From: Laetmonice hystrix
Lineage: Eukaryota
DNA: 64,000 bases
Direction: 5' to 3'
Assembly (NCBI GenBank): GCA_965235115.1
Contig: OZ249446.1
Coordinates: 12,958,001 to 13,022,000 of the forward strand
In this document: positions 26,278-41,200 of the stretch, piece after piece
Layout: every line of letters begins with the position of its first letter
Position numbering within the stretch: the first letter of the stretch is position 1
The notes under the pieces: generated by a model
What the model was told of the DNA's origin: nothing
Seen by the model: the letters and a program-made list of their open reading frames with translations, nothing else
The model's database searches: none
Program-made: the position numbers and the translations under genes

Positions 26278-29200
26278 GTAAGAGGGGGGTGCCACGGTGG
26301 CAACGGGCCTGTCCCTTCCTGTCTCCTTTAATACCATCAGCCCAAGTACTGACGACATGACAACTGCCCTTAAATTTATTTCAAGTGAAATGTAGTTTCC
26401 GCCGTTGTATTCTCAGTCGTGTGGTCTGCAGGGAACCTTTAAGAACGAAAGATTCTTCAAACGGTATTAGCAAAAAGGAGACTGTGATGGGGTATCAAGA
26501 AAACACCGTTGATTATAGATTGCTACCAGGTGCATATTTTCCTTGACATAAAAAGGTAACTTGCAATTTCTACAAAGACGGCGGTATATGACGGCAATTT
26601 CTGGGTGTTTGAGTGTCAATCTGAGAACTCTTGGCATACGTGCGGTGTTATTATTGTAGATGAAGGATGTAGATGCAATGCCGGAGCACTGCAAAGACCT
26701 CAGTAATACACCGCTAATACCGAATATGAGAGCGGGGTTGTTTTCGTATTAATGCAACACTGTTTGGTTAGGAAGTTATTCAAAGTTTTTTTGAAATAAG
26801 ATAAAGCTGATGTAACGTATTATTGTGTAAGAATATCGCAATATGAAAATTGTCTTGCACAGAGCTTCAGAGATGGTCATTCTTGTAATGGTAAAAGGCT
26901 GTTGTTGGGGAAAGGAGCATTCCAGCCAGTCCTAGCGGCAGTGAATCCTTGGTTGATATAAATGCTGCAGTGTTTTCCCTGAAGTCGTGAAACATTAGGC
27001 CGGGGATAACGTTATGCATACAGATCCTTCAGGGACTTTGTGGCGTTAAAAATTGATCGTTGTGTATATAGCTCCAGAGAGTATTGGTCTGCCTTAAGCG
27101 AAGTATTCCTCAAATATAGGTCAATGAGGCAATAGATAGTGACCTTGTTTGGAGGAACTGAGGTGGTATTGCCATTTTGCTGAGAGGAATAGAAGCCACT
27201 AAGTGTAAAATGTTTCCAGGAGGAAGACAAGAATTGTATAAGATACGTTTACATAATCATAGATCGATTTAGGTGATATACTGCAACCTTTGGTACTCGA
27301 AGATATCATAAGGGCATTCGGCATTTTCTCTTAAATTTCTTTTTAACCAGAGGCAGGAACAATCAATGTATTCTCTTTTTTGCTATCATTCGGTCTAAAA
27401 ATAACTTTTTATCTTCCGCCGGGAGCGACTTAATTACTGTCATAATAGGTCTATTGAGGTATCATTTCCAGATATTTGCCGCCTCTACTGGGTCAATGTC
27501 AGCTTGAGGAGAAAATGGATGCTTGCTTTGTGAATGCTTAACCGGGTGGCTAAAACTCGGTCGAAAAATTAGATTAGGCTTTCCTGGAGGGGTTGCCTTG
27601 TGGAGTGGTACAGTTGTGCATGGCGAACAGGCACAAAGAGGTAGCACTAAACACTTGTGCACAGACATAGAGCGAAAGTGAAAAATATTGGACAGACAGT
27701 TTTGTATAGTAAAGGGTGGGGGACGGCTTTCCCTGCGCATTTACTATGTGCATTTAACGCCTCCACCCTCCAGTGAGGGGGAGAGTAGATATGTATAAAG
27801 ATAGAGCAGTCAAGTTAGTGTTATAAAATAAATATTACGTCGGATAATTGTAATAGGATTCTTTTGACCGTGAAAACAACTATAATTCTGTAAGAACTTG
27901 CCTTTCCAGAAGAAAGTTCTTTTCTTCCCTCTTGTCGCATTCATCCTACGCCCAGTTCTTCTTTCTGCTCTCATCTCGCCCCTGGTCGTAGACGATGAAA
28001 GCATTGTGAAGAGCACTCCTGTCTGTAGAATAAGGCCATTTATGTACTGACTGGGTATCATTACTAATTTGTCACTTTCTTACATAATATCTGTCTTATC
28101 GGCAGGGCGTTGCTTCTGTGGAAAGTCAACTTTTGACCCCAAGGATAATTTCGGCCCCATCAGGAACATTAGTCATTATGAAGTCTCACAATAATTAATT
28201 GGCCACTTCCCTCATAGACTAAAATCAGTAGCGTACCTAATGGAATGGAAATTGATTTCCCTTGTATCTTCTATGGTCTTTGGTCTTCCTTGGAGCAGGG
28301 ACTTTTCCCCCTTCTTATGCGGCTTTGATATTGATCGCCATATTAACAGTTGTGTAGATTTAAACTCCTGATTTCGGACCAATCCATCAAGAGAGTGCGC
28401 TATTCCGGCGTTGTATTCCTTATCAGATGTTATCAACCTATCTATATGTTCCGAGAAAACTATTTTTCTTGCAAAGTTTAAAATAAACCATGGCAAGTCG
28501 CCTGAAATCAACGTCAACGTACAGTGTGAATCAGACAGAATCAAATGGACATAACCTGACCTTCAGTAATGGAAAGGAACCAAATGCTGTACTAATGGAA
28601 GATGAACATGGATCAAGAAGGATCTTATGGGATTCCCTATCCTATCTTGGTCTGACCTGAATAAACGAAGAAGGTGCCACGACATCCACTCCTGAGGGGA
28701 TAAGCCTCTCTGTGGGATCAAAGACTGATTATGACAAGCAAGTGACAAGATAATCTTGACATAACCTTTGGTGTTCTATTCCCGATTGACTTTCTTGAAT
28801 CTGTGCTGATTGTAGTGAAATCCCTCCAAGGGCTGTCACAGATGAGAAAAAGATCCTATACGTAGGTGTGAGTTACAACACACCAGTATAATATTGTTTA
28901 ATTAGGTCCTGTCACACTAGATTTTGATTATTTTCACGCCAAAACTTGAATCGTCCACCGTAATGCAGCCTAGATTATAAATAGAATTGTGTTTAATTAC
29001 CCATCATTAACATATATGTTAATTACATTTTTACATGGGAGTGAGGGAACGTCTAACTAAGTCGACATATGGAAAAAACAAGGATATATAACCTCCTTTA
29101 TATTAATCTCAAACAAAGCATCTATTGTCTTCAGTCAATCTTTTATTTCGTTTGCTATCTCAAATTTATGTAATGGACCTGTGGTGCTGAGGTTTTTCAT

Positions 29201-32200
29201 CACTGTAGCCCATAAATCCGCCCCATCATGAACGGTTTTCCATCCTCAGAGGGGGCTGACTTGTAACTTTATGACCCATTTAGATAATGAATGCTCCCGC
29301 CGGGGTCTCCACCGAGCCCTCTTTGGTCCGCATAGACGTTGTTAGCGGACAACTTTTTACAGTGGAGATCTTCCACAGAGAGTGCATGGTCTCACATTAC
29401 GATAATAGCTGCCAGAGATTCATTACTTTATCACCAATATTAATCGCGTCCTAGGGGTTCGCATTTTTTATATTAACCCTAAAAAACACATTGTCGGAGA
29501 AACCATGGGTATGGTAGATTCTTCACTTCGATCAACTTCTTACACGTGACGAGATGCACTAAAATTACACTTTATAAAACTAATTAAATGGCGACGGCAA
29601 ACTTGGCAGTAGCCTAAAACAAGATAAACATTTTCCTGACAAGGCTTGATTAAATGTCTCGATGGAGATAGATGCAAGCGATGAGCGGTGCCGAGTCTCT
29701 ATGACGCCCACTTTATGCTACTGTAATTACATCGAGATCTTGACCGGATCCTGTACAGTTCCATATACGTATTTCCCAGTCTCAAGAGGTACTACTGATG
29801 CTACTCTTCCCTGGCTGTAGTGGGATTGTACCTCGCCTACTTGAAGTCCAAGGGTAGCTCAGATTATGGAGTCGATATATCAAAAAACAGTTCATTTGCA
29901 TCAGAATGGCACTCCTGCTGCAAGGAGTGCATCTTTACTACGGAAAAGTAGTGTCTGCTCGTTGTGAATGCATAAAAGTCGTTCATTTAGAGAATGTCAC
30001 TATGCTACAGCATAGAAGGTTGAGGATGGCGTCGTAAACTGAAGCGGAGGGGACAACTTTTTTACTACATTCCATCATTTATGTTACTGTACTTGTACTG
30101 TATATATTCGAAATTTGAATACCATCCTGGTGCATCTGATACATACAAATTGCGGCACGAGATGCGTTCGAAGGTCGGGGGTTAGAGAGTCACAGGCAGA
30201 ACGCTATGCTATATAGGCATATATGCGTGCGGAACCACCCCATTACTGTTTGATTAAGATGTGCGTTGCTGTAGCGTTCATCGAGTGAGTCCATCGCCCC
30301 CGGTCTGCCACTTAATGTTGACAATCACAGATATATGTAAATGACGTAACGGTGTTTGAATCCGTTCACAGCGTTAGCCGGTAGGTACCAGGGGAGGAGA
30401 CTGCAGTGCTGGACGCCACTGCCGATTGGATGATTCCCACGGGAGTTATAGTTATGATGGCTTTATGGACAAATTGCCCCCTGAGTATAGTCAAGGCAGA
30501 CAGAGTAGATTACTTTGTTTGCACCTTCGCATTGCTATATTCAAATGCCTCCTCTTTGGAGAATGATGGGCAGAGAAGGCAGAAATAGTCTGGACCAGGC
30601 TGCGTGTGTCTTGTGTAAGGTGCAGTTGGAGAAGCGAACGCTGAAGAATTGCTACTACTCATGTGTGCCTGATTTCTATTTCAAACGGTCTTCACTGGGA
30701 GGGCGGGGGGGGGGGATTGAGCAACTTGATGCTAGAGTGGGTCGAATTTAACATCAGACAACCCTCAACACTGATGCAGATATCATAACGAAAACGGTGT
30801 CTTTTAACCATTAAAAACAAAAGTACTTTTTGAGTTTGTCACGCTTATCATTAAGATTGTTTTCGACCGACAAATTACTCTCTGATATAGAACAGTAATA
30901 ATATGCTGCTATCCGTGCAAAAAAAAGAAGAAATTATAACATAGCAGTAATTGATAGAGTAAATCGTCTGTACACACTCAGTCATGTCCTGATGTTGACA
31001 GTTGTGGTCCACAGATCCGACTTTCTGATCCAGTACATTGAAACTCCATCCCCGGATAAATTCCTTGTGATCCGTATTGGGGAGACTCCATAGCAATGTG
31101 GGACTATACAGTGCCGGTATATAACATTAAAACACTAAAGCTGCCGGACTTGGCGACTCAGATGGCCGCAGTGAATTATGTACCAGTCCGTATTGAATGG
31201 TATCAGGTCCGTCCAGGCACAGTCGGGACGAGTAGTCTTCATTGCCCCACACAAAGCCCGTCCCTTGCCTCCAGCACGCCTCCTCCGTAATGATATTAGT
31301 GGCGAGTTTACGGAGGTCCGATATGTGAGTTTAATGCATGCGTCATTATATAAAACACGAACGTATTAATCTGTACAAAAAGGAGAATACATAATGAAGC
31401 AGATTTTTACATCCCTGTGGATGTAGCGACCATTGCATCCTGCTATTAAAGTTTGCAAAAGTAGTGTTATTCGGACTGATGGTAAATGCATGAATGTTTT
31501 ACTCTACAGGTTGGTGAAAACCATTTGACCGGAAGTAAATAGAAATACTCGAGTTGTCATATGTAAGAGTAACACCTCAGGTTCTGTGTGCCACTATACC
31601 ATTTCTTATACCCGTATGTATGTCTATTTCAGCTATAACGTGTTGGACCTGTCCCAACAAGACAGACAACGAGGCTTGTAACAACTGGGCCCCAGAGAGG
31701 ATCTGCCCAACCAGTAAGTTTCTACTTTCCAAGTCAGAGAACTATAGTATAGTAACGTGCTTATACAACTTTTATCGTTGTCTTGCTACGGCCAAGTCTA
31801 CGAGGTTCCAAAGGTACGACTAAGTGTGATTTAACGAAGTTGGGTTCTTTACATGACTACGATTATTCTTAAATCGTAGTTGGGGTCCTTTTCCTAGGAA
31901 TGGGGATAGAGGTTTCTGACAATTCCAATCATCAATCATCTCGTCGTATAAAGACTTCATGTTTTAAATACATTCCAGCACATATTCATAATGCAGTTGC
32001 AGTTCTCGTTCTTCATGTCTCACGTCGCTAATGGCAATTCTAATTGAATTAATATGGGATTTCTGAATGACACTTTAATGTGTGTGCTTATCTTCAGTGG
32101 GATTTAAAGCCCATGTTGAAGCTTCTTAGAAACCCAGCATGGATCTCTGCATTTTTGACTCAGATAAATGTTATTGCACTAAGTATAGTGAAAGAACGAA

Positions 32201-35200
32201 TTAGAAATGACACAACATTTTTAAAGGCTTCAAATGGTTTGCCATTTCATATTTCTCTCTGGAAATGTATGGATTTGATGAAATGCCGTTATGCGTTCAG
32301 GACAAATTTGATATTACTACATTGACTTGGTTACAGATGATATAGCATATGGAAGAAAATCGCATTTATTTTCTATATTAACGTATTGCCGCTATAGCCA
32401 GCAGAGTATCCAGGATACATTGTAACTCCCCCTGCGAATTCTGACAGTGCTGTTTGCTAATGATTGCAATGGAAAAGTTGTAACTAATTTAAACCTTGAT
32501 GTCAGATTTCATGAAAATCTAGGGTAAAATTAATACTGGCGTCGACCAGATTTTAACCGTCATCTATGATACAGACGATAAGGGAAGAACCGTCCTAGCC
32601 TGTCAGAGGATCGTTAGGGATAGGGACAGAGGGTGGCCGTGCCGCGGTATGTAATTCATTTAAGAAAATATGATAAACCGGTTGAACTAGATGTCTGGCA
32701 CCGCAGCGTCTACATAGAGATAACGACATTTGTTCCTCATCCATTAGTGAGTTCTGAAAGGTAGAGACTAGATTACCATAACTTGTCAGGGGGCCAGGGC
32801 GCTGGGCCTGTGAATACCAACCATGATTTGCACTTCATGAAGCGGCGGCATTTCCCATTACCTGCGAGGTAAAACAATAACTCAGAACCTTGTTGTGATT
32901 TCAGTGGGCTGCATTGGCTGTTCTGTATAGACATCGGGGAATGGGGTTCAAGCTGGCTCCACCCGTGTCTATACCTCTACGGGCGGACACAGTCATTGCT
33001 GACAGCAACACAAATGATAGTTTTAGTAATGGGTATTAGCCTTATCATCAAGATCATCCATAACCATGAAAATGTACCCTGTCTCTGTAACCAAATTTCC
33101 GTTCTATGTAAATCTCATCCTTTTCCATTTGGTGGAATCGGAAGGTTTGCTGCTGAGTGATGGGTAGGACTGGATTGCACTGAGGGATAGAGACCACCGG
33201 CTGGTAGGGTGTGTCAATACCGTCACATTCACGGCCAATCCTACCTTTACTATTGCTCTTCTTCCGGCTGGTATGCACGCTTGTCGGATTTCATCGGAAC
33301 GTTCAAGGCTTAAAAAATATAATAACGAAACAAACTACGCCAAAATACAGAAAAATCGATAAACAATTCTCCCTACTGAGCAGGCAGGAATATATGTTTC
33401 TCTATGGCTGCTCTGTTTTTACCTTCCCACAAAGATTTTAGTTTTTCAAAAGAAACTCGTTCCAAGCGGACCGTTGGACAATTTCAGTTACGGATCACAG
33501 TGTATCGTTTGAACACTGCAGCAGTATCGTGATTTCGGGGTCGGTTTGCCGCCCATGAGCTCGGCACATATTGCGGGATGGGTTTGGGTCACTGAAGGTT
33601 ATACCCCAGGTCATTTCTCTCGAGGATCTGAGATCAACCCGTCCGTGTTCGGTCCTCAGGCCGGCGAACAGGAAGCTGGTAGGGCGGGTCTTCGGGTTCT
33701 CGTGTTCGGCCAAACCGCCAGGCCACACCGCTATGGAGCGAGCGAATCACATCCTCACAGATCGATACGAATTGATCGATCGCAGTTGGCAATTCATTGA
33801 CCGTGATAATGACTTGTAGTACCTATCGAGTTCCGCCGTAAGAAAGGTGTTGATCTGAGTAATTAGGTAGATTTCCACTAGTCTCGTCCCAGACATAGAG
33901 ACTCGATTAAACAAGTATTTACCACATACAAATGAAGATAATTTTAAAGCTCTAAATGAAATCTTTTAATATTTGAGCAATGATCAGAGTATTTAATGTT
34001 TATCACTACCACCATGATAATACATGAATAGTACTGATTATACATTACATATACCAGCGATGTAGGCCTATACATGCAACCACGGACCGTATTGAAGAAT
34101 ATAAAAATATTCTTACTGTACATGTAGACTAAATGTCGATTTCAAACATGTTGAGCTCAAACACACATGCACGCAGCATGACTCATCAGTTTTGCGTGTC
34201 TGTGTTTGGATGGTGTACCATGCGTGTTAGTCCCCATAATATCAGGAGGATGACGCACAATTTCAGGAGATGGCAGATGCGCAGAGAAGGCCAAGCCTAG
34301 CAGACATTTAGTCGACATGTTGCAACAGTTTGTCATGCAATAGGGAACAGTAACAAAGTCAGGTTACCCGGGTGAAGCCTCAGCCGTAATACGAAACAGG
34401 AACTTCAAAAGTGTGTTCTACCTTCGATTCAACAGAACACGTAACTCCTGGGGAAAACACACAAAAGGTACTTCACTGGAGAATTGAACATTTTTACAAA
34501 GGTCAGGTTCATTTCCTAGGGTGTTTTAGGCACTCGAAAAGACATCTAGATGCAAAGCAGTCTCGGATGTCTGCTTTGGGAACAACGAGTCCATCTCCTT
34601 TCATCCGCCTTTTTGTTCTGACTCTTTCATTCATACACTAGAGCAGCGTTCTAAGACCAGGAAAGGTTAGCTATTTCAGGGTGGTTGCCCCGATAAAACG
34701 ATGGCTGCTAGTCTAAAGGATGAAGATCGACGAATTGTTAAGGCCAAATTATTGAAGTGTAATCTTCAAAACATGAAAATGTCAGCAGCATACGCTTCCG
34801 GTATATGGAACTGACAGGTAAGTAATTCCTGTGCGCCGTATGTACTTTAGAGGAGGCACAGGTATACCCCCTACTCACGAAGCTCTCTCTACGGCACTGT
34901 GACACTGTAAAGGCGTATAATGGTTCAGGATTAGAGTAGCATTTCACAGTGATGACAGCAACTCTGCCGCCTTCCCTGTGCCTTCAGCAGTGGCGTCAGC
35001 CTCTGTGAATGTTATCCCCCAGGCTCTGACAACTGTTTGCTCCAACACTTCATTTACATTTAGATAGCTCCCACCTTCTTTAATACCTTGTTGAATACAC
35101 TTATTTTCTTAACTCTCCCAGCTTATCTTACAGGTTACAATCGTCTCAATTACAGCAAATGTACCACAAGGTATTCCTTTTTCTTTCAATCGAAAGTGAA

Positions 35201-38200
35201 TAATCAGGTTTTGCATTTTCCCCGCATATTATATGATTTCATTTTTTACCTGATACGTCACTTGGGAATATTTAAAATGTAAATATTACATTCTTTTTTG
35301 GAAATCATAAAAAAGACCAAGGAAATGAGATTAAAGTTATAGCGTGGATGGTTTCCCCCTTTCCTTCTTTCTGTCTTCTCGACGAAATGATGTGAAGGTA
35401 TTTCCGAGACGGAAAACTGTATGAGCTTTCCTTGCACGTTAGGGAAATCGTCAGACGCGGGTACCACTAGAGAATCGATTGGAAATCGCAAGGATAAAAT
35501 ATGAAACAGACGTCTCTAACAATGTTACCAGGAAGAATTCTCTGACTTAATGATACATGCCCCGAATTCTGTGCCGGATGCATCCTCACAGAACGTATGC
35601 ATGAGCAGCGTGCAGTTCTGGCACATCATGTCGGGGAGGCTCACATGAGCAATTCACACCAGGTCGACTTTCGCCTGTTGATGTTTGTTTAGCATGGTTA
35701 GCATTGATTCTCTCCCTTCACGGGAAGCCGAGCTGTAATAAGTTTTGGGAGAGATACACAGACGTCAATTGGTTCTCCACCATTATTTCAACATCAGAAA
35801 ATGCTGCTGTCGACGTTAAGGTGGTCACATTGTTCTTCTCTTATGTTTGGGACTTTGTGCTATCTAAATCAATATTTGTGAGGGTGCATGTATGATCCAG
35901 CAAAACAACCATGTCATACCAGTCATGCCCATTCCATAACGGGATCTTCGCAATCATAGGTTATCAGATGAATTTGGTGATGCCTTATTGGTAACATTAT
36001 GACCATCGGCAATGATTTCGTCCCAAGGAAATCATCCGTCGGTACAAGTAAATAAGGTTGTATAGATACTTGGTCTCTCTCTAATATTACAAGATGCATG
36101 TGTAGCCAGATTTAATTCATGGTATTTTCACAGAGGGGCGGATATATTTAACTTCTCATAGTAAAATGTTGAATTCGAAAAAGTTTCGGATTGGGTATTC
36201 TGCAGTGATCATGAGGATTTCCGTCACCTTTTCAAACCGTTCAGTACTTCACCCAAGGTCTTTCATCAGATGTGGGTCAATGACATGTTATTTTAAGCGT
36301 GTGGTACTTTATGGTCCTTTTGTGAGTAGGACAGCGTATACTGGAGGGTACATACAGGATATAACGCTGCTACCGACATAGAGGTTAACGGCTCATAAAG
36401 AGCCACTTTCCTCACATTATAAGAGGACTGTCATCAGCCTTGGGCTCAAGGAGACCCTGTAATTCCATAATCGTTCCATACCAGGTGAATGGTATGCAGT
36501 TCCCTGACCTATTGTTTTGGGAATCTATTGGATTGCCCATCCAATTTGAGAAGAAAAGCATTTGAAAGCATTGTGCCTTCTTAATCCAATCTGTCTATCC
36601 CTTTCTGTTTTGTTTTCCCCTAGCTCCATTGCCGATTAACGATGGTCGGTCAGATTTTGATTAAACGTTGACCTGGTACAAAGTCACACTGAACATATAT
36701 TTCTGGACAATAGGCCTTTGGTTATTGGCATTGCTGTTTATATAGATACACCATATGCCCAGTTTGAGCGCACTATGGGGGGGGGGCGTGTTGATTGAAC
36801 TGACCAGGGTGTACTGAGGACGAAAGGTATTTCTGTAAGACTGCTGAATGGGTGTGTTTTGGCTACCGTCCAACAGGTTGAGATCTGCTCTCTGATGACA
36901 GTATAGTGTCCGACTACCAAGATTCATACTTAAAGGTTGTAATAACACACCTGTCCTTGGTACAGGTATAGGACATGCACACCTACCGGTTACCTGCTGT
37001 ATGTCAGTAAGTAATCAGATCGTAACAAAGCCGGGGAAGTGTCAGGGCTGAGATGGTTGGGTCATGGGTGCTGTTAACCGAATTAAGCCAAAGTCGACGG
37101 AACCATATATTAGTTCATTTGTGGACATCATAGTTACACGAGATGGGAGACGCTCCCCCCCCCCCCGAATTGATTGTGGACAGACAGGACCAACACTACT
37201 GGTAGGTATAGGCTGGTTAGACATTCTGTTTTGTTATTGTAATATTTACCCCTGGGACATTGCAGCTATAGTAGAACTGAAGGGGTAAGTGGACATTCGT
37301 ACTATTTACTATGAATCTTCAAAAATAATATAACAATACCAGTACTGGCCATACACAATGATGGCCAGTGGCTCCTTGTGTGTTCCTTTGTTATTTAAAA
37401 CATAATTGTTCATATATAATTGTTGGTTTAACAAAGAACCCCCTAAACAGCTGACCGTTTTCAGTGTGATTCCTCCTAGGATGTGCCCAAGGTCATGTTA
37501 TATACCGTAGGTTCCCGAGGCCAGCCGGGACTGTTAGAGGTCACAGGTTTCCTGTCGGGTCCGTCAGCCATCCCTATCCGCTGTACTCAGTCCAAGGGGT
37601 TCCGTTCCTCACCCCCTGGGCCACCGTCCGAGCTGAATAATGGGGGTCCGTAAACCTGATTGCCTGTGGCGTGAACCTACACGCAGGGCTGGGTCGTGGC
37701 GAGCAGGGGAGGGTTGAGGACTGAACTATAAAGGATCCGGGAAATCCTAGGGGGCACGATCAAATTAATCAAGGCGGGGCCTCAGCTGAAAGATCTAGAT
37801 GGGTGCGACAAATTCCACTGATTACCATTCAGCCAAGTATTCGGGGATGGCAGGGCCTGCCCGGGGCTGGCGTGACATGGCGAGCAATTGGAACTGGTCC
37901 TGTACTGATGAGCAGTAAGAGGTGGTCTATGGGGGATCCGTGACACTAAGACAAGGAGATAACGCAACATAAATCAATTAGATATATTCTGAAAGATTTA
38001 AGACTTACAGAATATTAAACCGCCTTGAGAATGTTTTATAGAGTAATTTACCTGTAAATAATATCTAAGGGTTGCATGCGTATATTGACAACATTATGCG
38101 ATCACCTAACACTGCCGCAATCAAGACAACACGGTGGCTACAGAGTACGTTAATTCACAAGCCTGTACCAGAGGCATGTTAGCATTTTTACAGTTACTTC

Positions 38201-41200
38201 ATATGAGAGACGCCTTTCAAGAACTATTTTTTCACCGAGCAACACGTATTTGGGGCCGGAGAATGGCAGCCCCAACGCCCTCGGCGTCCCATGGGGCCAG
38301 TACCACGGCCCTCGCTGTTTGATCATCATTCCCGTCATGCATTGCACAAGTACCCTGTTTCCCGGTCTGATTACCCTTGCGGACCCCTTGGGGCATTTCT
38401 GCCTAGCATTGCCCCCACGCACCTCCACACTGGTCAATGACTCGAACCGACCGTTGCCGCTCTTATATAGAGTAAATATTTTTGTCTTTATGTTAGACAG
38501 GCACTTGTGAATACTGAATCAGACAACATCTATAAAAAGAGAATGTATATATTTGTATATTGTTACGGGGATGTAGAACTTAATACGCAGGTGTATAAAT
38601 CATCATTGGAGAGAGAGGATGTTGTACCATTACCAGATTTTCTGATATTATTCAGGTTATTCTGTGCCGCACAAGTATGGAAGAGGGTTGTGTTTCGGTA
38701 CCAGATAGATCTACTTTCTATATCTATCATATTATGCAAATTCCAAAAAAAGGAAAATCGTTCAGAAGCCTTACATTGCGGTCGGACGACCTAGAGTCAT
38801 ATATTACTAATGCATTTGACGTTTTTGAATTGCCTGGTAACATTATAGCTCCTCACCATTATATATTATTGCCAGGCAGGTGAGCTGAGCACATGATGTA
38901 AGGTAAACTGACTGAAATAGAGCGCCGTTGAACGCCACCTTGCGGTGTTCTCCCCATCAATATGGCACTGTAGACTTTGTATAAAAGGATTCAGGGAGAG
39001 GGGTGAAAGAAACACATAGCTTTCCTAGAGCTAGCAAACACGGCCTGTAGCTTTTAAAACACCTGCCCCGTGGCCTTTGAGTCGTTTCTATAGGTGTTGT
39101 CTGAGGAGCGATTGACTTGCCAGGCCCACGTCATGAAGGCGGGTGTAGGAGGCGCTGTGGCCTGGAGACCCGCGTTGAATGGCGCTCTCCTGTCTACTTT
39201 ACCGTCCCATTCAGGACTGCCACGTCCATTTCCTGGGCACAGCTGCCGCGCCCTTCCTGTCGGCTGCTGTCTGTCTTCTGTACACCCCGCTCCTAGCCTC
39301 CTCCATTCTCTGGTCGCTGGGCTTTGACTTCCACTTCAAGTCTAACTCAGTTGGTTAATATCTCATTAGATAAAAGCTCTCACACATCTGGAAAGAAAAA
39401 ATGTTTTTGCAAATTGTAAGTAAAGACATATTACAGCGACCTCCATAAATCCGCAAGAATCCCCGATTTGACTCTAAGTGTGAGGCAACAAGAAAGAAAA
39501 ATGTGTTTCCCCCGGAGCAAAGCTCTCAAAACATAATTGACGGTCACCAAAGTAGAAAGGTTGTGACCCGGGGCAGGGATAGATTCCCCAGTGATATAAC
39601 GGCGGTGGGGGATAAACTCCTTTCCCCGAGGAGCGACATTGGACTGCCGCTGATCACGAAAGAACCGCATGCTTCCAGTCATAGCTATCTTCGCATTGAT
39701 CTTTGTTTTTTCCTATGACCACTGGCAATGCGTTCTCACCGTCCGCCCAGCGTGATCCACACTCCCGGGACGGCCAGTCGCAATCCTTCACCTTCCCATT
39801 CATAGCCACAAATCGTGCGCCTTCCACGACCAATCGGTAGCGTTTCCCAGATGATCACCGATGTACAAATGGGGTTTCAAGGAGGCTAGGGTTTGCTCGC
39901 CATGGCGTGAAGAACACGTATTGATCCTACAAGAGATTTGGTAGGCCTCGGTGACTGCAGTTCATCTTGCATCAGATGAGAGTTTTGATTGGTCTAGTGA
40001 GCCCATGAGGCGGGGTTCTGCTGGGAGTCGTACGTTTACAGTATACTATAAAACAAGTTTGTCTGATGACGCCTGCACAGCGGTCTGACATGCCCACTTT
40101 ACCGGAACGTTGTAGGGCGTGGTAGGGTGGTGGAGCATACCCCTCGCGGGTATAATAAAAGATGGAACGACTCGGCGCCGGGTATCCTCGAACCAAATGG
40201 ACTCTCCAAGAGGTTTCTCGGTAAGAAGCTCATAAATTCCTATCACTGGCCTTGATATTATCGGCGTGATATGGGATGTCAGTAGAGTCATAACTCCTAC
40301 GGATGAAACATTGCAGTCTCCTTGCTCTAATTGCTGTAATTTACGAGATCGCCGTTTACGGGAGGGTGTAAATCAAAGAGAGGTAGTGACCTTTATCAGG
40401 CAATGACCTCTAAGGAAGCACTGATGCTAACAAATTATGAATTTGCTATGTCGTATTTACCTTTCTAAGTAGGTTTGCTTTAAGGCAGAGGTTCTGGATA
40501 TTGTTGGTAATTAGCTCATGCAGGAAATTTTGTTTTCCAAGGAATAATGGTATCTTATTAAGTTTCGGTAAGTATTTTTACCGGAACCAATGGGTAGTTC
40601 TTGCCTGACATATTGAAACTGAATGTGTTAAATTTGAATAAAAGCACTGGTCTGGTTTATTGAAACTTAAATACCTTGTTTTTCTTGTTTGGCCCATTAT
40701 TATTTAACAGTCTTCAATTATCAGTGCAGAATACTTCAGGCTTTTCCACGCCCGGAATAGGTTCTAACGCCATTACCATCGAAACCCTGGCTTGGGGAGT
40801 CAATTGAAGAATGTGCGCATTGAGCAGCCTCGGGACCAGCCAAAGGGTTTATATGTTTTCATCAGTCTAACACACAACTGCCCTCTCACCGGTGTGTAAC
40901 AGGGCAATCCATGCTATCGACAAAAGCCCCGCTCCTGATTGGTGATGGGCTGCCCTGGAGGTCATCACCGTGGCGACAGCGGACTACAGAGGCCATTGTC
41001 AGAAATACCACCATGACAGTATCTCAGCAGGGGCTGATGTTAGCGGGTATGCAATAGGACAAGTCGGGGTGGGGGAAGGGGTGGGCGGTGGATTGGTTTC
41101 AAGGTGAAGGCATCACTGGGCATCAGTAGGAACACGGTGTATTGGAGCGTAGCTCACAGCACAGCGTGGCTGCCATGTGCCTGAAGTGATGTGTTTGTTC

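Noticed and set aside
30430-30510. MIPTGVIVMMALWTNCPLSIVKA as an alternative signal exon
   Set aside because: The only phase-1 donor (A|gtatag) is weak and truncates the leader. The 26154 exon has better start context, acceptor and donor.
37465-37945. Solo-LTR candidate (TGTGAT...GTGACA)
   Set aside because: Termini match only partly, no TSD, and no second copy in the window.
39669-39755. Mini-ORF MLPVIAIFALIFVFSYDHWQCVLTVRPA* resembling a signal peptide
   Set aside because: It is downstream of the first LU exon so it cannot lead the gene, has no suitable donor, and is the antisense of a Gypsy integrase relic.
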